From positions 31,490-95,489 of the IMG/VR virus record IMGVR_UViG_3300030330_005655: a DNA stretch of 64,000 nucleotides. One strand, given 5' to 3'. Under the pieces are notes generated by a model. The model was not told the DNA's origin and did no database searches. It saw nothing but the letters and a program-made list of their open reading frames with translations. The stretch is from a virus. Lineage: Duplodnaviria; Caudoviricetes. The first letter of the stretch is position 1, and every line of letters starts with the position of its first letter. Shown one piece after another: positions 37,490-47,800 of the stretch. The position numbers and the translations under genes are program-made.

Positions 37490-38449
37490 CTATATGGGTT
37501 TTACTTGGGTTGTGCAGCGAGCAGAGCCAATAAATAAATCTGGAGATAGCTGAACAACATCTTGAGACTTAGTATCTTGAATAGTGCATCTTTTATAAAA
37601 GAAACTATCTATCATATTTGGATACATGCCACTAGGAATAGCATTTTCATTTAGCTCATTTCTGTAATTATAAGGAAACACGCCAGAAATAGCAACTGCG
37701 GTGGGGTTAAAGAGATGTATTGTTCTGTCATTTTGAAATGCTACCGTATCTATGATATTATTACATTCCCAGTGATTTTCTGTAATTGCATAAAAAAGAA
37801 CATCATTGTAGGCCCACTGACCGCCACCCAACTGATAGCCTTCTAAATTTTTGGGCGGCATCACCTCTACAGCCAATGCTGGTAATTGCACTCTGGTCTG
37901 CCCTAACTGCGCCCAGCCGCCAGAACTAGAAACTTGAAAATCTTCCTCGTTTCTAAAAGACCTTTGCTGTATTTGTCTAAACCAAGAAATTCCCTCAGAA
38001 GGAACAACCTCAAGCCACTTATGGCTATACTCTAGCTGTACAGTACTAGTGGTTGAGATAGCCGTATCAAAAATAACTTTTCCATTTTTATAGTCTATGT
38101 AAAATGGTTTTGTTACATTGCCCGTAGCATAGAAAGTATTGTCAACAAAAACCCCAGATATTTGTATAGGCTCTTGACTGCCAACGGAAACGCCAGATTC
38201 CCAAACCCAATTCTTGCGGTAGCCTTCCCAGACTTGACCATCTGTATAATTTGGATCATTAGCACTTCTAAGCTTATGCCTGTCTCCACCGTAAAGACCA
38301 GATTGTGGTATATTAATATTATAAAAAGATCCAGCCTTTAAGAAACCCCAATCATAAAAATATATAAAATTGTCTAATAAGATATTTGACAACGTTGCAT
38401 CTTGAGCATTTCTTGTATTTGCTAATTCTGTATGAGGTCCACCGGCCAT
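37490..38449 (-). CDS. Putative tail terminator/neck protein
   Basis: Position upstream of tail tube; LPALAVE..GYQLGGG. Confidence 0.5.
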   Translation of the reverse strand: MAGGPHTELANTRNAQDATLSNILLDNFIYFYDWGFLKAGSFYNINIPQSGLYGGDRHKLRSANDPNYTDGQVWEGYRKNWVWESGVSVGSQEPIQISGVFVDNTFYATGNVTKPFYIDYKNGKVIFDTAISTTSTVQLEYSHKWLEVVPSEGISWFRQIQQRSFRNEEDFQVSSSGGWAQLGQTRVQLPALAVEVMPPKNLEGYQLGGGQWAYNDVLFYAITENHWECNNIIDTVAFQNDRTIHLFNPTAVAISGVFPYNYRNELNENAIPSGMYPNMIDSFFYKRCTIQDTKSQDVVQLSPDLFIGSARCTTQVKPI

Positions 38450-39060
38450 TATCTTAGCTCCGAAGTTATAGCGTCTGTTATTTGTGGGCTAAATTTTTGT
38501 AGGGCTTTAGTAATGAAATTATTGTCAATCGTACCAGAATACTCAGGATCAACCCTAAAGGGTGTAGCGTTTTTTTGCATAGTAGCTCTACCACTTCTAC
38601 CAGTTCCAGCTTTATATTTAACACCGTAGTTTGCAACAAGAATTTGATCTCCCTCAAGCAAAAGCCAACTCAGCCAAGGAAGAGAGCCACCGTCTTCTAT
38701 AGCTTGATAAGCAGAACTCAAAGACAATAAATTAGAATATGTTCTTGGCTGTATGTACAAAGAAACACCACCGCTTATTCTGTCGCCAGTAGCAACTATT
38801 GGCCTAATACCAAGCCTAACAGAATTGGCAACTGCATTAGCTATGTCCATTGATGGGTCTTGCGTTAAACCAAAATCAGCCTTCAAAGAGCCGTTTGACA
38901 ACTCGCCAATTGCATCAGATTCCAGTATGGCAAATCGCGTTATAGAAACAATCCTACTTCTAATTCTTGATTTTGCTTTTTTAAGATAAGAATCTGCCTG
39001 CTTTGCTATTGCAGCATTTATCTTTCTTTTTATTGTTGAGTCGTTGTCTATAATTCTCAT
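38449..39060 (-). CDS. Putative neck/tail completion protein
   Basis: Basic protein in the head-tail module. Confidence 0.45.
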   Translation of the reverse strand: MRIIDNDSTIKRKINAAIAKQADSYLKKAKSRIRSRIVSITRFAILESDAIGELSNGSLKADFGLTQDPSMDIANAVANSVRLGIRPIVATGDRISGGVSLYIQPRTYSNLLSLSSAYQAIEDGGSLPWLSWLLLEGDQILVANYGVKYKAGTGRSGRATMQKNATPFRVDPEYSGTIDNNFITKALQKFSPQITDAITSELR

Positions 39061-39569
39061 TCGTCGGCCCTACTCCAAAAAGTAACCACATACTTTGTTT
39101 CATTTTGTTTGAAGCCCTGTGGATATGAAAGACCCGCCCTTTCGTATCTTCCTTGGTCGTATTTTTCTATACCATCATAATTTGGAATCAAGTATTTTGC
39201 TTTATTGATTTTATCAAGATCATCCATTTTTGCTATTGTTTGTATAGCTCCATTTGGAACATCAATTTTAAAATCAGTTTTAATCCAAAACTTAGAGTCC
39301 CAATATATTCTTAAAATGATATCCTCAGTGGTCTCAACGGCTTTGTATCCTTTACCCCCACAATATGGACAAGGCATACCTCGCTCAAACGGATACGGAC
39401 CCCCCGGCCTGTATATGCTAATAGATCTATTAGAAGTTCCAAGAGTGTCTAAAAAACAATTAGGACATCTCTCTTTTTTTTCTGGATAGATTAAAGTAGC
39501 GGTTCTAGTAAAAAGAAGAACCGCCTCGTTATACGTTGTAAAAACGCTAGCAGGTATATTTATAGCCAT
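39057..39569 (-). CDS. Putative head closure protein with CxxC..CxxCxGxG Zn finger
   Basis: CPNC..CPYCGGKG; position. Confidence 0.5.
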   Translation of the reverse strand: MAINIPASVFTTYNEAVLLFTRTATLIYPEKKERCPNCFLDTLGTSNRSISIYRPGGPYPFERGMPCPYCGGKGYKAVETTEDIILRIYWDSKFWIKTDFKIDVPNGAIQTIAKMDDLDKINKAKYLIPNYDGIEKYDQGRYERAGLSYPQGFKQNETKYVVTFWSRADE

Positions 39570-40084
39570 TAAACAACCCTATAGGAAAGATGCCCACCCA
39601 AAACACCAGAAGACGTACTTATTTTTAATGCTTCTCCATTGCTAGTAACCATAACACCTTCGTCACTATTTACAGAAGCACCACCATTTGCGGCAAAATT
39701 TACACCACTAACTATAGGGGTGTCATTAGACAAGAACTCGATAGTAGTAGCTTTTTCTGCGACAACAGTATAGCCTACGACCTCGATTGATCGCTCAGAA
39801 ATAGCGCTTACCACAACACCGGTAGCATTTTCACCCCCAGCCGACCCAAGTCCAATGGCGGCAAACTTAACATCATCGGCATTAAATTTGTTGTCAAACT
39901 TAACATTGGTGACGGAATTTGAGTCATCTATTTGTGTTGCTTGAAGTGGTGGAAATGGGCTAACTGTATTGTTTGCGCTCAGTTTATCTGCCGCAGACAA
40001 ACCTTTGGCCCCAGCTATACTAACGATACCCTCACCACCTTGAGGCTGATCGTTGCTATCAATTATTTTTTGTGAAACGGCCAT
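39569..40084 (-). CDS. Putative virion protein
   Basis: Beta-rich small protein in the structural operon. Confidence 0.5.
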   Translation of the reverse strand: MAVSQKIIDSNDQPQGGEGIVSIAGAKGLSAADKLSANNTVSPFPPLQATQIDDSNSVTNVKFDNKFNADDVKFAAIGLGSAGGENATGVVVSAISERSIEVVGYTVVAEKATTIEFLSNDTPIVSGVNFAANGGASVNSDEGVMVTSNGEALKISTSSGVLGGHLSYRVV

Positions 40085-40101
40085 TTTTTATCTCCATTAT
40101 T

Positions 40102-40614
40102 TTATTGAAAATATCTATTTTGATCATATCTTGTGTTACCCACACCCCAGCTTGCCGGACTGTAAGGACTAAGAATAGCAGCGCCAGCGGGAGTACCATC
40201 TCCACTACCTTTATTATATCTGTAAGTATCTAGAAGATCGGTATATTTTTGACACAAATCTTTATATAGGGTATTTAAGTTTTGAGTAACTCCACGCAGG
40301 TCGATTGAAGACGGACCATCTTTTATAGCTATTGCGTTAGATGCCTCTGTTTTTACCTGACTACCCACCAAAATACAAGCCGCCTTGTAGGTGGTCAGTA
40401 TAGAAAAATCTGTATCCTGCTCAGATATTGGATCTGGGGATATCGAAACAGAAGAAACGCTTACAGTATAATCATTGCTAAAATCGGCATCGTTAATTAC
40501 ATTAAAAGCACCAACTACTAATATTTGTTTTAGCCTTTCGTCTGTAAAAGTCGCGCTATCCAAGTCTCCAATTAGAGACCTGAGCATCACAACTAAATCT
40601 ACCTTCCAAGACAT
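40102..40614 (-). CDS. Head-tail adaptor-like protein
   Basis: LRSLIGD..FTDERL N-terminus resembles gp6/gp15-type connectors. Confidence 0.55.
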   Translation of the reverse strand: MSWKVDLVVMLRSLIGDLDSATFTDERLKQILVVGAFNVINDADFSNDYTVSVSSVSISPDPISEQDTDFSILTTYKAACILVGSQVKTEASNAIAIKDGPSSIDLRGVTQNLNTLYKDLCQKYTDLLDTYRYNKGSGDGTPAGAAILSPYSPASWGVGNTRYDQNRYFQ

Positions 40615-40621
40615 AAATCAC

Positions 40622-40948
40622 CTATAAATTTTCGTTTACTTTGAAATAACCTACGCTGCTATTAAATGTGCCGTCCGAAGTTGTAACCAATGCCTGAAGA
40701 TGCCAAGTTCCGGGACCACTTAAATCTCCATCCACGGTCGCGTACTGTATTTGACCATCAGAACCAGTATTAGTAAAAACAGCAACTCTTTCAAAAGTTG
40801 TCCCATCTGGTTTTCTAAATATAAATTTTTTGACTGATGCACCACTGATATCGGCTACGGTAGTACCTCCGGTAGAAGTTGTGTCATATACCGTGACCCT
40901 AAACACTAAACCTATATCATTAACGTGAGCTTGTTCTACAAATGCCAT
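40622..40948 (-). CDS. BppU-N-like small virion protein
   Basis: DIG..F.VTV..DIS.A..F.KPDG..G.IQY..GDL..GTW.LQ; start MAFVEQ with GGAGG SD. Confidence 0.6.
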   Translation of the reverse strand: MAFVEQAHVNDIGLVFRVTVYDTTSTGGTTVADISGASVKKFIFRKPDGTTFERVAVFTNTGSDGQIQYATVDGDLSGPGTWHLQALVTTSDGTFNSSVGYFKVNENL

Positions 40949-40964
40949 AATGTACCTCCATATA

Positions 40965-40974
40965 TTTATACACA
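40965..40974 (-). promoter_or_regulatory. Late-promoter motif TGTGTATAAA
   Basis: 17 nt upstream of the start at 40948. Confidence 0.65.
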
Positions 40975-41038
40975 GTAAAGACTTATTCTCTACCAAAATA
41001 ATAAATAATTATGCGTACCTCCTCGCGGTAGCGTTATA

Positions 41039-41314
41039 TTATGGAGTGTCCTCCGATGGTGGTGTCCACCAAACTCCATCATCAGCATTAAGAATCGCAA
41101 GAATCTCACTATGAGAGTACTCTTGACTCTTGCTAGAACAGGCGGTTACACTAGAAGGCATATCGCCCTCATACTTTACAAACGTCAAGGTTTCGTCAAC
41201 ACTATAGCGCATAGTCTGCGCAGAGTCTTCCAAAACTTGACTAAAATCTATATTGCCAACATCACTGGCTGAGATTATAACCCAATGCCTATGATCAAAA
41301 TTATTATGGCTCAT
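41039..41314 (-). CDS. Small phage protein (type often adjacent to fibre genes)
   Basis: IDFSQVLEDSAQTMRYSVD..TFVKYEG..P..YSHSEILAIL..W. Confidence 0.65.
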   Translation of the reverse strand: MSHNNFDHRHWVIISASDVGNIDFSQVLEDSAQTMRYSVDETLTFVKYEGDMPSSVTACSSKSQEYSHSEILAILNADDGVWWTPPSEDTP

Positions 41315-41344
41315 TATTTTCTCCTAATATTTGAGTTACTATGT

Positions 41345-41354
41345 ATTATACACA
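41345..41354 (-). promoter_or_regulatory. Late-promoter motif TGTGTATAAT
   Basis: Intergenic, upstream of 41314. Confidence 0.65.
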
Positions 41355-41356
41355 TA

Positions 41357-42073
41357 CTAAATGCTTTCAGACCATAAACACCCTAAATCACTAAGATATT
41401 CATTAAAAATACTTTTGTTTTTATGATAGTACACAGGAAGTAGGGTTGTTTTTGCACCCATAGCTAAGGCGCATATAGCAAAATGCAGCCTATCTGTATT
41501 GACTCCGCTAAGGGTTGCGGCGTACTCCCAATACTGCTGCGGGGTATGACAGAAAAATGCAGGATCTTTTCTTTGTGGAGGTGGGACGTGATGAAAAACA
41601 GTCTCACCAGTTTTTCTCAAAAAAGTCTCATCGCCACTTTTTTCACAATCTATTTCTGGAAAATCAAATCCCAGCGCCAAATCTGGAACTACTTCACCTT
41701 TGCCAATTATGTCTCTACTTACAGAATCCCTAAAATACAATCTTTCAAAAGGCAAGTCTTCATATTTAAATACAGACTGAGGAAGCATCCAGCAGGGTAT
41801 CCCAGATTCAAAAGCCTTTTTCCTGATCGCTGCACACTTAGGATATCCCACATTTCCACCAGCAAAAAGCAGAAGCTTGTCACATTTTGGTATTACATCT
41901 TCCGCCAAGGCATTTACCGTAAAATAATCAACATCAAACTCTTTACAAAATCTTCTAGTCGCTAGATACAAAAGGTCATCACCAAGATTTCCAAAGCCAT
42001 CAACAATACCAACCTTCAATCCTCTAAGATCTTCAAATATTGGGGCAAAGAAAGATTTATCTAGTAGTCTCAT
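41357..42073 (-). CDS. Polysaccharide pyruvyltransferase family protein
   Basis: GNLGD, GGN, LPQS, RD..S, PDLA, TDRLHFAI.A...G. Confidence 0.85.
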   Translation of the reverse strand: MRLLDKSFFAPIFEDLRGLKVGIVDGFGNLGDDLLYLATRRFCKEFDVDYFTVNALAEDVIPKCDKLLLFAGGNVGYPKCAAIRKKAFESGIPCWMLPQSVFKYEDLPFERLYFRDSVSRDIIGKGEVVPDLALGFDFPEIDCEKSGDETFLRKTGETVFHHVPPPQRKDPAFFCHTPQQYWEYAATLSGVNTDRLHFAICALAMGAKTTLLPVYYHKNKSIFNEYLSDLGCLWSESI

Positions 42074-42639
42074 TTTTCATATCCACCTTCTAGAAAATCG
42101 CTGTAATGCAAATAATATATCATGTCTTTCTGATATTGTGTTAGTGTAAAATTAATATCATCAGATTTATTACTATGCGGGAAGGGATGTCCTTCTTTAA
42201 AAAGATTTAGTTCACGCAACCCATTCTCTATGTCTTCCACTTTTAGCAAGACATCATATTCGTAGATTTTTGTTACTGGAAATTTTATTAACTGCTTAGA
42301 ATGAATCAGTAACCAATTATCAAAAGAAAGACTAGGATTTGTTTTTATGGCGTGTTTCCATTGACTAAGCGCTCTGTTGTACGGATTTCTGATTGGCAAC
42401 ACCTTGGTATAGCTAGCGGTTCTTTTTGAAAGCCAATTAGTGTGACCGAGGGAAGGTTCGTGTTCTGGCTGACTAACATCAGCTACAAAATAGGGAACCG
42501 GCCCCTGAGCAAATATAAATTTTTCATCCTTAAACACTCTATAGCAACATAAGTAATTAAGAAGAGACGTGCTGTAATTTTTAAAAGGCTGCCATACGAC
42601 TATATTTTTGGGATGATTTACAAGCATGTTTCCCTCCAC
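42070..42639 (-). CDS. Sulfotransferase family 2-like protein
   Basis: PFKNYSTS (5'-PAPS-binding-like PKxxST), IRNPYNRALSQW (RNP..R..S), LKVEDI, H.N.S, Y.D....Y. Confidence 0.75.
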   Translation of the reverse strand: MEGNMLVNHPKNIVVWQPFKNYSTSLLNYLCCYRVFKDEKFIFAQGPVPYFVADVSQPEHEPSLGHTNWLSKRTASYTKVLPIRNPYNRALSQWKHAIKTNPSLSFDNWLLIHSKQLIKFPVTKIYEYDVLLKVEDIENGLRELNLFKEGHPFPHSNKSDDINFTLTQYQKDMIYYLHYSDFLEGGYEK

Positions 42640-43430
42640 GTTGGTCTAAACGCCTCCACCGGACGATCTTCTGGCTTTGCTTCGGGTTGTGGCAGATAGT
42701 CATATACGCCGTTTACAATTCTTTTTAAAACTTCAATCCTATAACTTATAGGTCTAGAGCCGTTTAGATGCACAAAATAAGCATCTTCGATCTTAGACCA
42801 AAAATCAAAATCTATAAACTCTAAATTAAATTTCCAGTCAACCAAATCAAAATCATCATCTTCTAGATTAAGTAAAAGATAGTCCTGATCAAAGCACCAC
42901 TTTGTCAGATATGGGCCGTTTGGCTGTGAATACTTATGAGCCATAGACTTGGGAAAAAACAACATGCCGCCATTCGGCTGAACGTCCTTGTTGTTATCAG
43001 AAAGATGGGGATAATGATCTAAAATCATTCTTCTTTCATTTTGCATACCTTTAAACAGGGTGTTAGGATAATTACTTTTTAGTATACTCCACTCATCAAC
43101 AAAAGAAATTTTATTCTTATTAAAAATATTAAATACGTTTGGCGCATTTTCTTTGACAACAATATCACAATCTAAATATAAAGTATGCTCATACTTTTCA
43201 GCAACTTGTTTGAGTCTATACTTGTTAGACATCGGCCATTCCGGTGACTTATCTCCATCTAGCTCAATATAATCAGCACCGCACACACTGGCATACTTAA
43301 TTATATTTGGTTTTGTTATCTCTAATTGTTTTTGAGCTATTGTGTTTGCAGGGATAGTGCATATCGCAATGTCTGAGTTTTGACTAGGGAGCGCATCGTC
43401 AAGCTCTATTGTAGGGGCTAATAAATTCAT
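42618..43430 (-). CDS. GT-A glycosyltransferase (GT8/GT34-like)
   Basis: YA...GADY, TLYLDCDIVV (DxD), NGGM, DQDYL, W.FN, FVH. Confidence 0.8.
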   Translation of the reverse strand: MNLLAPTIELDDALPSQNSDIAICTIPANTIAQKQLEITKPNIIKYASVCGADYIELDGDKSPEWPMSNKYRLKQVAEKYEHTLYLDCDIVVKENAPNVFNIFNKNKISFVDEWSILKSNYPNTLFKGMQNERRMILDHYPHLSDNNKDVQPNGGMLFFPKSMAHKYSQPNGPYLTKWCFDQDYLLLNLEDDDFDLVDWKFNLEFIDFDFWSKIEDAYFVHLNGSRPISYRIEVLKRIVNGVYDYLPQPEAKPEDRPVEAFRPTWRETCL

Positions 43431-44461
43431 TTAAAAGTGCCTTCCTCTGGGCAGATTATTAATCTTTCGCTTTGACTTCTCATTAGTTGCGCCTCAAGCT
43501 TTTCACTCTCCATAAAAAAGTGCGCATCTACTTCACGTAAAACGTTCGACTTAAATCTTGCAGCTTCTATTGCGTGATTCGCATCTCTTTCTTCTTGTCT
43601 CTCAGTAGGAAACATTCTTAAAAAATTATATTTTACATTGTGTTTTTCTAACCATTCTTCTGTTATATCTCTGTATTTTTCTAGCCTAGCGGTTACTATA
43701 CCTCTACAAGAATGTATCTTAGGTAGTCTATGATGATATGGCTCTACATTTTTTATATAATCAATATATTTGTTTTCATCCTTTGCAACTTGATAGGGAA
43801 CATTAGGACATAATATTCCATCAAAATCAAGCAAGCACTGACTGATATAGGGACTATTAAAGAAGTTCCACTCTAGCAAATGCGGCGGGGGCAACTCTTT
43901 GCCATAGACATCAACCAAAACAACAGAAGACGGATGAACATATAGCGAGCCAAACAAAAAACCTTCTCTACCAACATGATTTTTTATAGGAAGCAGTGAG
44001 TTTCCACTATATACAGTGTCATCTAAAACTAATATTTTTCCGTCTGATTCTTTGTGTTTTTCCATTCTTTTGCCGCCAAACTCACATACGCCAGACATAG
44101 GTTCAGCAGAGCCATCCTTTTGTATAAAATACAAAGGAAGATTAAGCATGACAGAACAAAAGCTGGCGGGTAGAAATCCAGATCTGGGAACCGCCGCAAT
44201 GCCTTTTATGTTTAATGCTGCTATCTTTGGAATTAGATAATCTACACAATCTTTTATTAGTTGTTGGTTAGTGATATACTTACCGTCAAGCACTAACTTT
44301 TTCCTATCGTGTTTTTTAATACAATCTATCTTGTATTTATTTCTTTCTTCTTTGCTTGCGGTCTGACACCATTGCCAATTTGGTGGATCGTATGTCATTT
44401 CCTGTCTAAAGAATTCACAATATCCAGCAGCTAGACATTGACATTCATCTATTTCTTTCAT
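43427..44461 (-). CDS. Cys-rich N-terminus plus type I phosphoribosyltransferase plus HAD phosphatase fusion
   Basis: AVPRSG; ILVLDDTVYSG (PRPP loop); LLDFDGILC (HAD motif I); IVTAR; K..ES. Confidence 0.75.
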   Translation of the reverse strand: MKEIDECQCLAAGYCEFFRQEMTYDPPNWQWCQTASKEERNKYKIDCIKKHDRKKLVLDGKYITNQQLIKDCVDYLIPKIAALNIKGIAAVPRSGFLPASFCSVMLNLPLYFIQKDGSAEPMSGVCEFGGKRMEKHKESDGKILVLDDTVYSGNSLLPIKNHVGREGFLFGSLYVHPSSVVLVDVYGKELPPPHLLEWNFFNSPYISQCLLDFDGILCPNVPYQVAKDENKYIDYIKNVEPYHHRLPKIHSCRGIVTARLEKYRDITEEWLEKHNVKYNFLRMFPTERQEERDANHAIEAARFKSNVLREVDAHFFMESEKLEAQLMRSQSERLIICPEEGTFK

Positions 44462-44464
44462 TCC

Positions 44465-44839
44465 TTACTCCACAAAAAATGCAAAAGCCGCTCCTAAGTC
44501 CCTTCTAAATTCGTGTGGTGCTATTTCAGGACTTCCAGAACTACCGCCGCCAGAGTAAAGATCGGCAGGGGAATCGTCTCCCGATCCCGCAGTGTCAGAT
44601 TGATACGTTAAAGTTAAAACTCCAGACCCAACTATAGCGGTAACTCTGTAATGGTAAGTAGATAAAATAGTACTACCGGTTCCTGCGCCAGCAGCCCTTT
44701 TTTTAACAACAACCCTATCTCCAACCTGAACGCTAGTTATACTATCGGAATACTGAACGTTATAACTAGGACCGGACCCAGAAACGACACCATAAACCTC
44801 TGCCTCGGCTATAACTACTAATTGATTTCTACTGCTCAT
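44465..44839 (-). CDS. Small Ser/Gly-rich protein downstream of the fibre gene
   Basis: ORF with SD, coupled between fibre and PRTase-HAD genes. Confidence 0.55.
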   Translation of the reverse strand: MSSRNQLVVIAEAEVYGVVSGSGPSYNVQYSDSITSVQVGDRVVVKKRAAGAGTGSTILSTYHYRVTAIVGSGVLTLTYQSDTAGSGDDSPADLYSGGGSSGSPEIAPHEFRRDLGAAFAFFVE

Positions 44840-44847
44840 TTTATATC

Positions 44848-47800
44848 CTAGTCATGAAGGTCTTGACCAACAATAAATCCATCAAATGCACTACCTGCAT
44901 TATTCGTACAAAGAAAACCATACACATCCGTATGAGAAGTGGACGTAGACATTGTTGGAGTTATATTTCCAGCCCACCTAACTGTTGCGGCAGCGCCACC
45001 GCTTGTGTAATCCACATTACTCCAAGAAATTGTTTTTGCCGAAGAAGCGTTTTGAGTTATGCGCAGTAAAAATCTTTGACCCCTTTTAGCATTTAAGAAT
45101 TCAAATTTAGTTACGTTTTGACCTAAAGATATATTATGATAATTTCCTTTTTTTAGATCTAAAGTTACGGTGGCGTCTTCTGCTGTTGGAGTATCGTTAG
45201 CTGGCACAGCTTCATTCACATAAGCCGCACCAACAAGATTAAGTCTATCTTCACTCTCGTCCCACTCAAAGTAAGAACCAGAGGTAGCTCCAAAGAATTT
45301 TACATCTTTTCCCGTGTCGTCAACACCCACGGTAACAGTGCCGTCTATCTGAACGTTACCATCAATATCGACGGCATCTAAATTTGTTGTACCATTGATA
45401 TCGGCATCGCCTTCTATGTCTAACGAGTCCCCATCAATTTCTCCAGTTACTGTGATTGAGTCAACAAAAGCGTCTTTCCAGCGAACGCCAGTACTACCCA
45501 AATCAACATCGCTGTCAGACTGTGGACCAAATATATTATCGGCAAGGTATACCTGCTCTACATTATTTGCATAAAAGTGAATTTCATCGGCTGTCTCGAA
45601 ATCAATCTTAGTTTCGTTATCTTCACCGATTTTAATGTCGGTAGCCAAAAGCGATGTGATAGTGGTCTGTGCTGCATCCACGGCGATACTAACAGTGTCT
45701 GTTGCGGCTCCAGCGGTAGTGATACCATTGCCACCAGCTACGGTTAGAGTGTTTCCATCTGCGATTGTTTGATTTGATCCACCATCTCCAGCAAGGGTGA
45801 AGTTTGTCATGCCACCGCCACCACCGCCGGTACTTAGCGTAACTTGACCTGCGCCATTATCTGTAAGCGTACCATTACTAACAACTATTGTTCGTACATT
45901 ACTAACATTTGGACTATTGTCTGCCTCTTTAACGGTTAGTGAAACACCAGAAGCGTAAGCAGCTATACCGGAAACAGCAACGAGATCGCCTTCGTTTGCA
46001 ATGGCTTGACCACTAGCATATGTTGCTATACCGGAACTAGCAATCAGAGAAGTGGCCGTACCAGAAGCTGTTAGCAAGGCGGCGATATCGCTTTCGTTAG
46101 CAATCGCTTGACCAGAAGCATAGGTAGCTATACCAGAAGTAGCAACCAAAGAGGTGGCAGTACCCGAAACCGCCAGAAGAGATGTTGCTATACCAGAAGC
46201 TGTGTTCAGTGCAGTAATGTTGCTTTGATTAGATATAGCTTGTCCAGAAGCGTAGTTAGCTATGCCGGAAGTTGCTACAATATCGCTTTCGTTTGCTATG
46301 GCTTGACCACTAGCGTATGTTGATATACCGGAACTAGCGATCAAAGAAGTAGCCGTACCAGAAGCTGTTAACAATGCTGTAATATTGCCTTGGTTTGATA
46401 TCGCTTGACCAGAAGCGTAAGCGGCAATACCAGAAACATGAATTATTTCATCTACATTATTTGTTGTATATATTATACCTTTCATATTTGATGGGTGAGA
46501 AGTACAATAATAATGAAGCTTATCTGGCGCGTCTTGCGGAACTTCAAATCTAACTTCAGCAGGACTACTTCCTATTTCTATATTGTTACCATCTGCATCT
46601 TGATAAACCGAACCACCTTCAGTAGCCGATACTCTAAAAGGATGACCACTAAAAGTTTTGTTGAATGTATAACTATGACCTTTGTGTAGATATATATCTG
46701 GATCAGCGGCGTTACCAAGCCCCATGCCGTCAATTATATAATCATTACCGTTACCGCTTACTATATTAAATATATTGTAGGCAACACCAGAAACAACTGC
46801 TATATTAGACTCATTCTCTATAGCCTGTCCAGAAGCGTAAGTAGCTATTCCAGAGCTAGCAACTAAGGAAGTGGCAGTGCCTGAAACAGCAAGTAGTGAT
46901 GTAGCTATCCCAGACGCTGTGTTTAAGGCGGTAATATTACTTTGATTAGAAATAGCTTGACCAGATGCGTATGCAGCTTCTGAACTAGCTCCAGCACTAG
47001 CAAGCTGAGAACCATTAAAGTAAAGCGCCCCACCAATATTATATAAAGTATCCGTGGTGACTCCCGGTGTATTTCTTGCCAATAAAATACCAGAGTTTCC
47101 AACGTTTACACCAGTGCTATAAACGAAAGAATCAAATTGTGAAAATCTTCCGTCTTTTACACCAGTAAAACTTTTTGCAGAATCTAATATTAGAGCCTTA
47201 GAAGCTTCTGCCGTACCATCTACTGAAACATTAACCTGTCCAGATGCATATGTAGCTTCTGCGCTAGTACCGCCACCGCCGCCACCACCACCAACGGCAG
47301 AGCCATTAAATTTAAGAGTTCCACCTTCATTATAAAGCCTATTAGTCGTGCTTGCTGGAACATGATTTGGTAGTTCCACACCGCTAGCACTTACACCACT
47401 AGCAATTATCTCTCCAAGGCTAGGACCGCTTGTTGCTGCATTTCGTCTTATGGACATTACTCCAGAAGATTCTCTTCTTAAAGCTAGATCTGTGCCGTCT
47501 TGCGCTTCACCAACAGCGCTGCTAGACCAGCCAATGTAGGCGGCATTATTAACTTGAAGACGATCATCTCCCATTATTATTCTATTACGCCCACCAGCCG
47601 TAAACGATATCTGTTGATCACTAATTTTTTCGTAAAAACCAACACGCTTGTTACTAGATCCCGTAAAACAAAGCGTTGGAGAAGTAGTGCCTCCACCGCC
47701 GGGTAAGAAAATCTGACCACTAGCAGAGGTAATATTACCACTTGTTAGAAAGTTTCCAACATTATCAACCTTGGCGCGTACTAATTCAGTATTGTCCTGC

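Noticed and set aside
45930-47000. DNA-level repeats in the fibre gene as CRISPR or DGR repeats
   Set aside because: In-frame peptide repeats with synonymous divergence; no spacers, no adenine-specific variation, and no cas or reverse transcriptase gene in the window.
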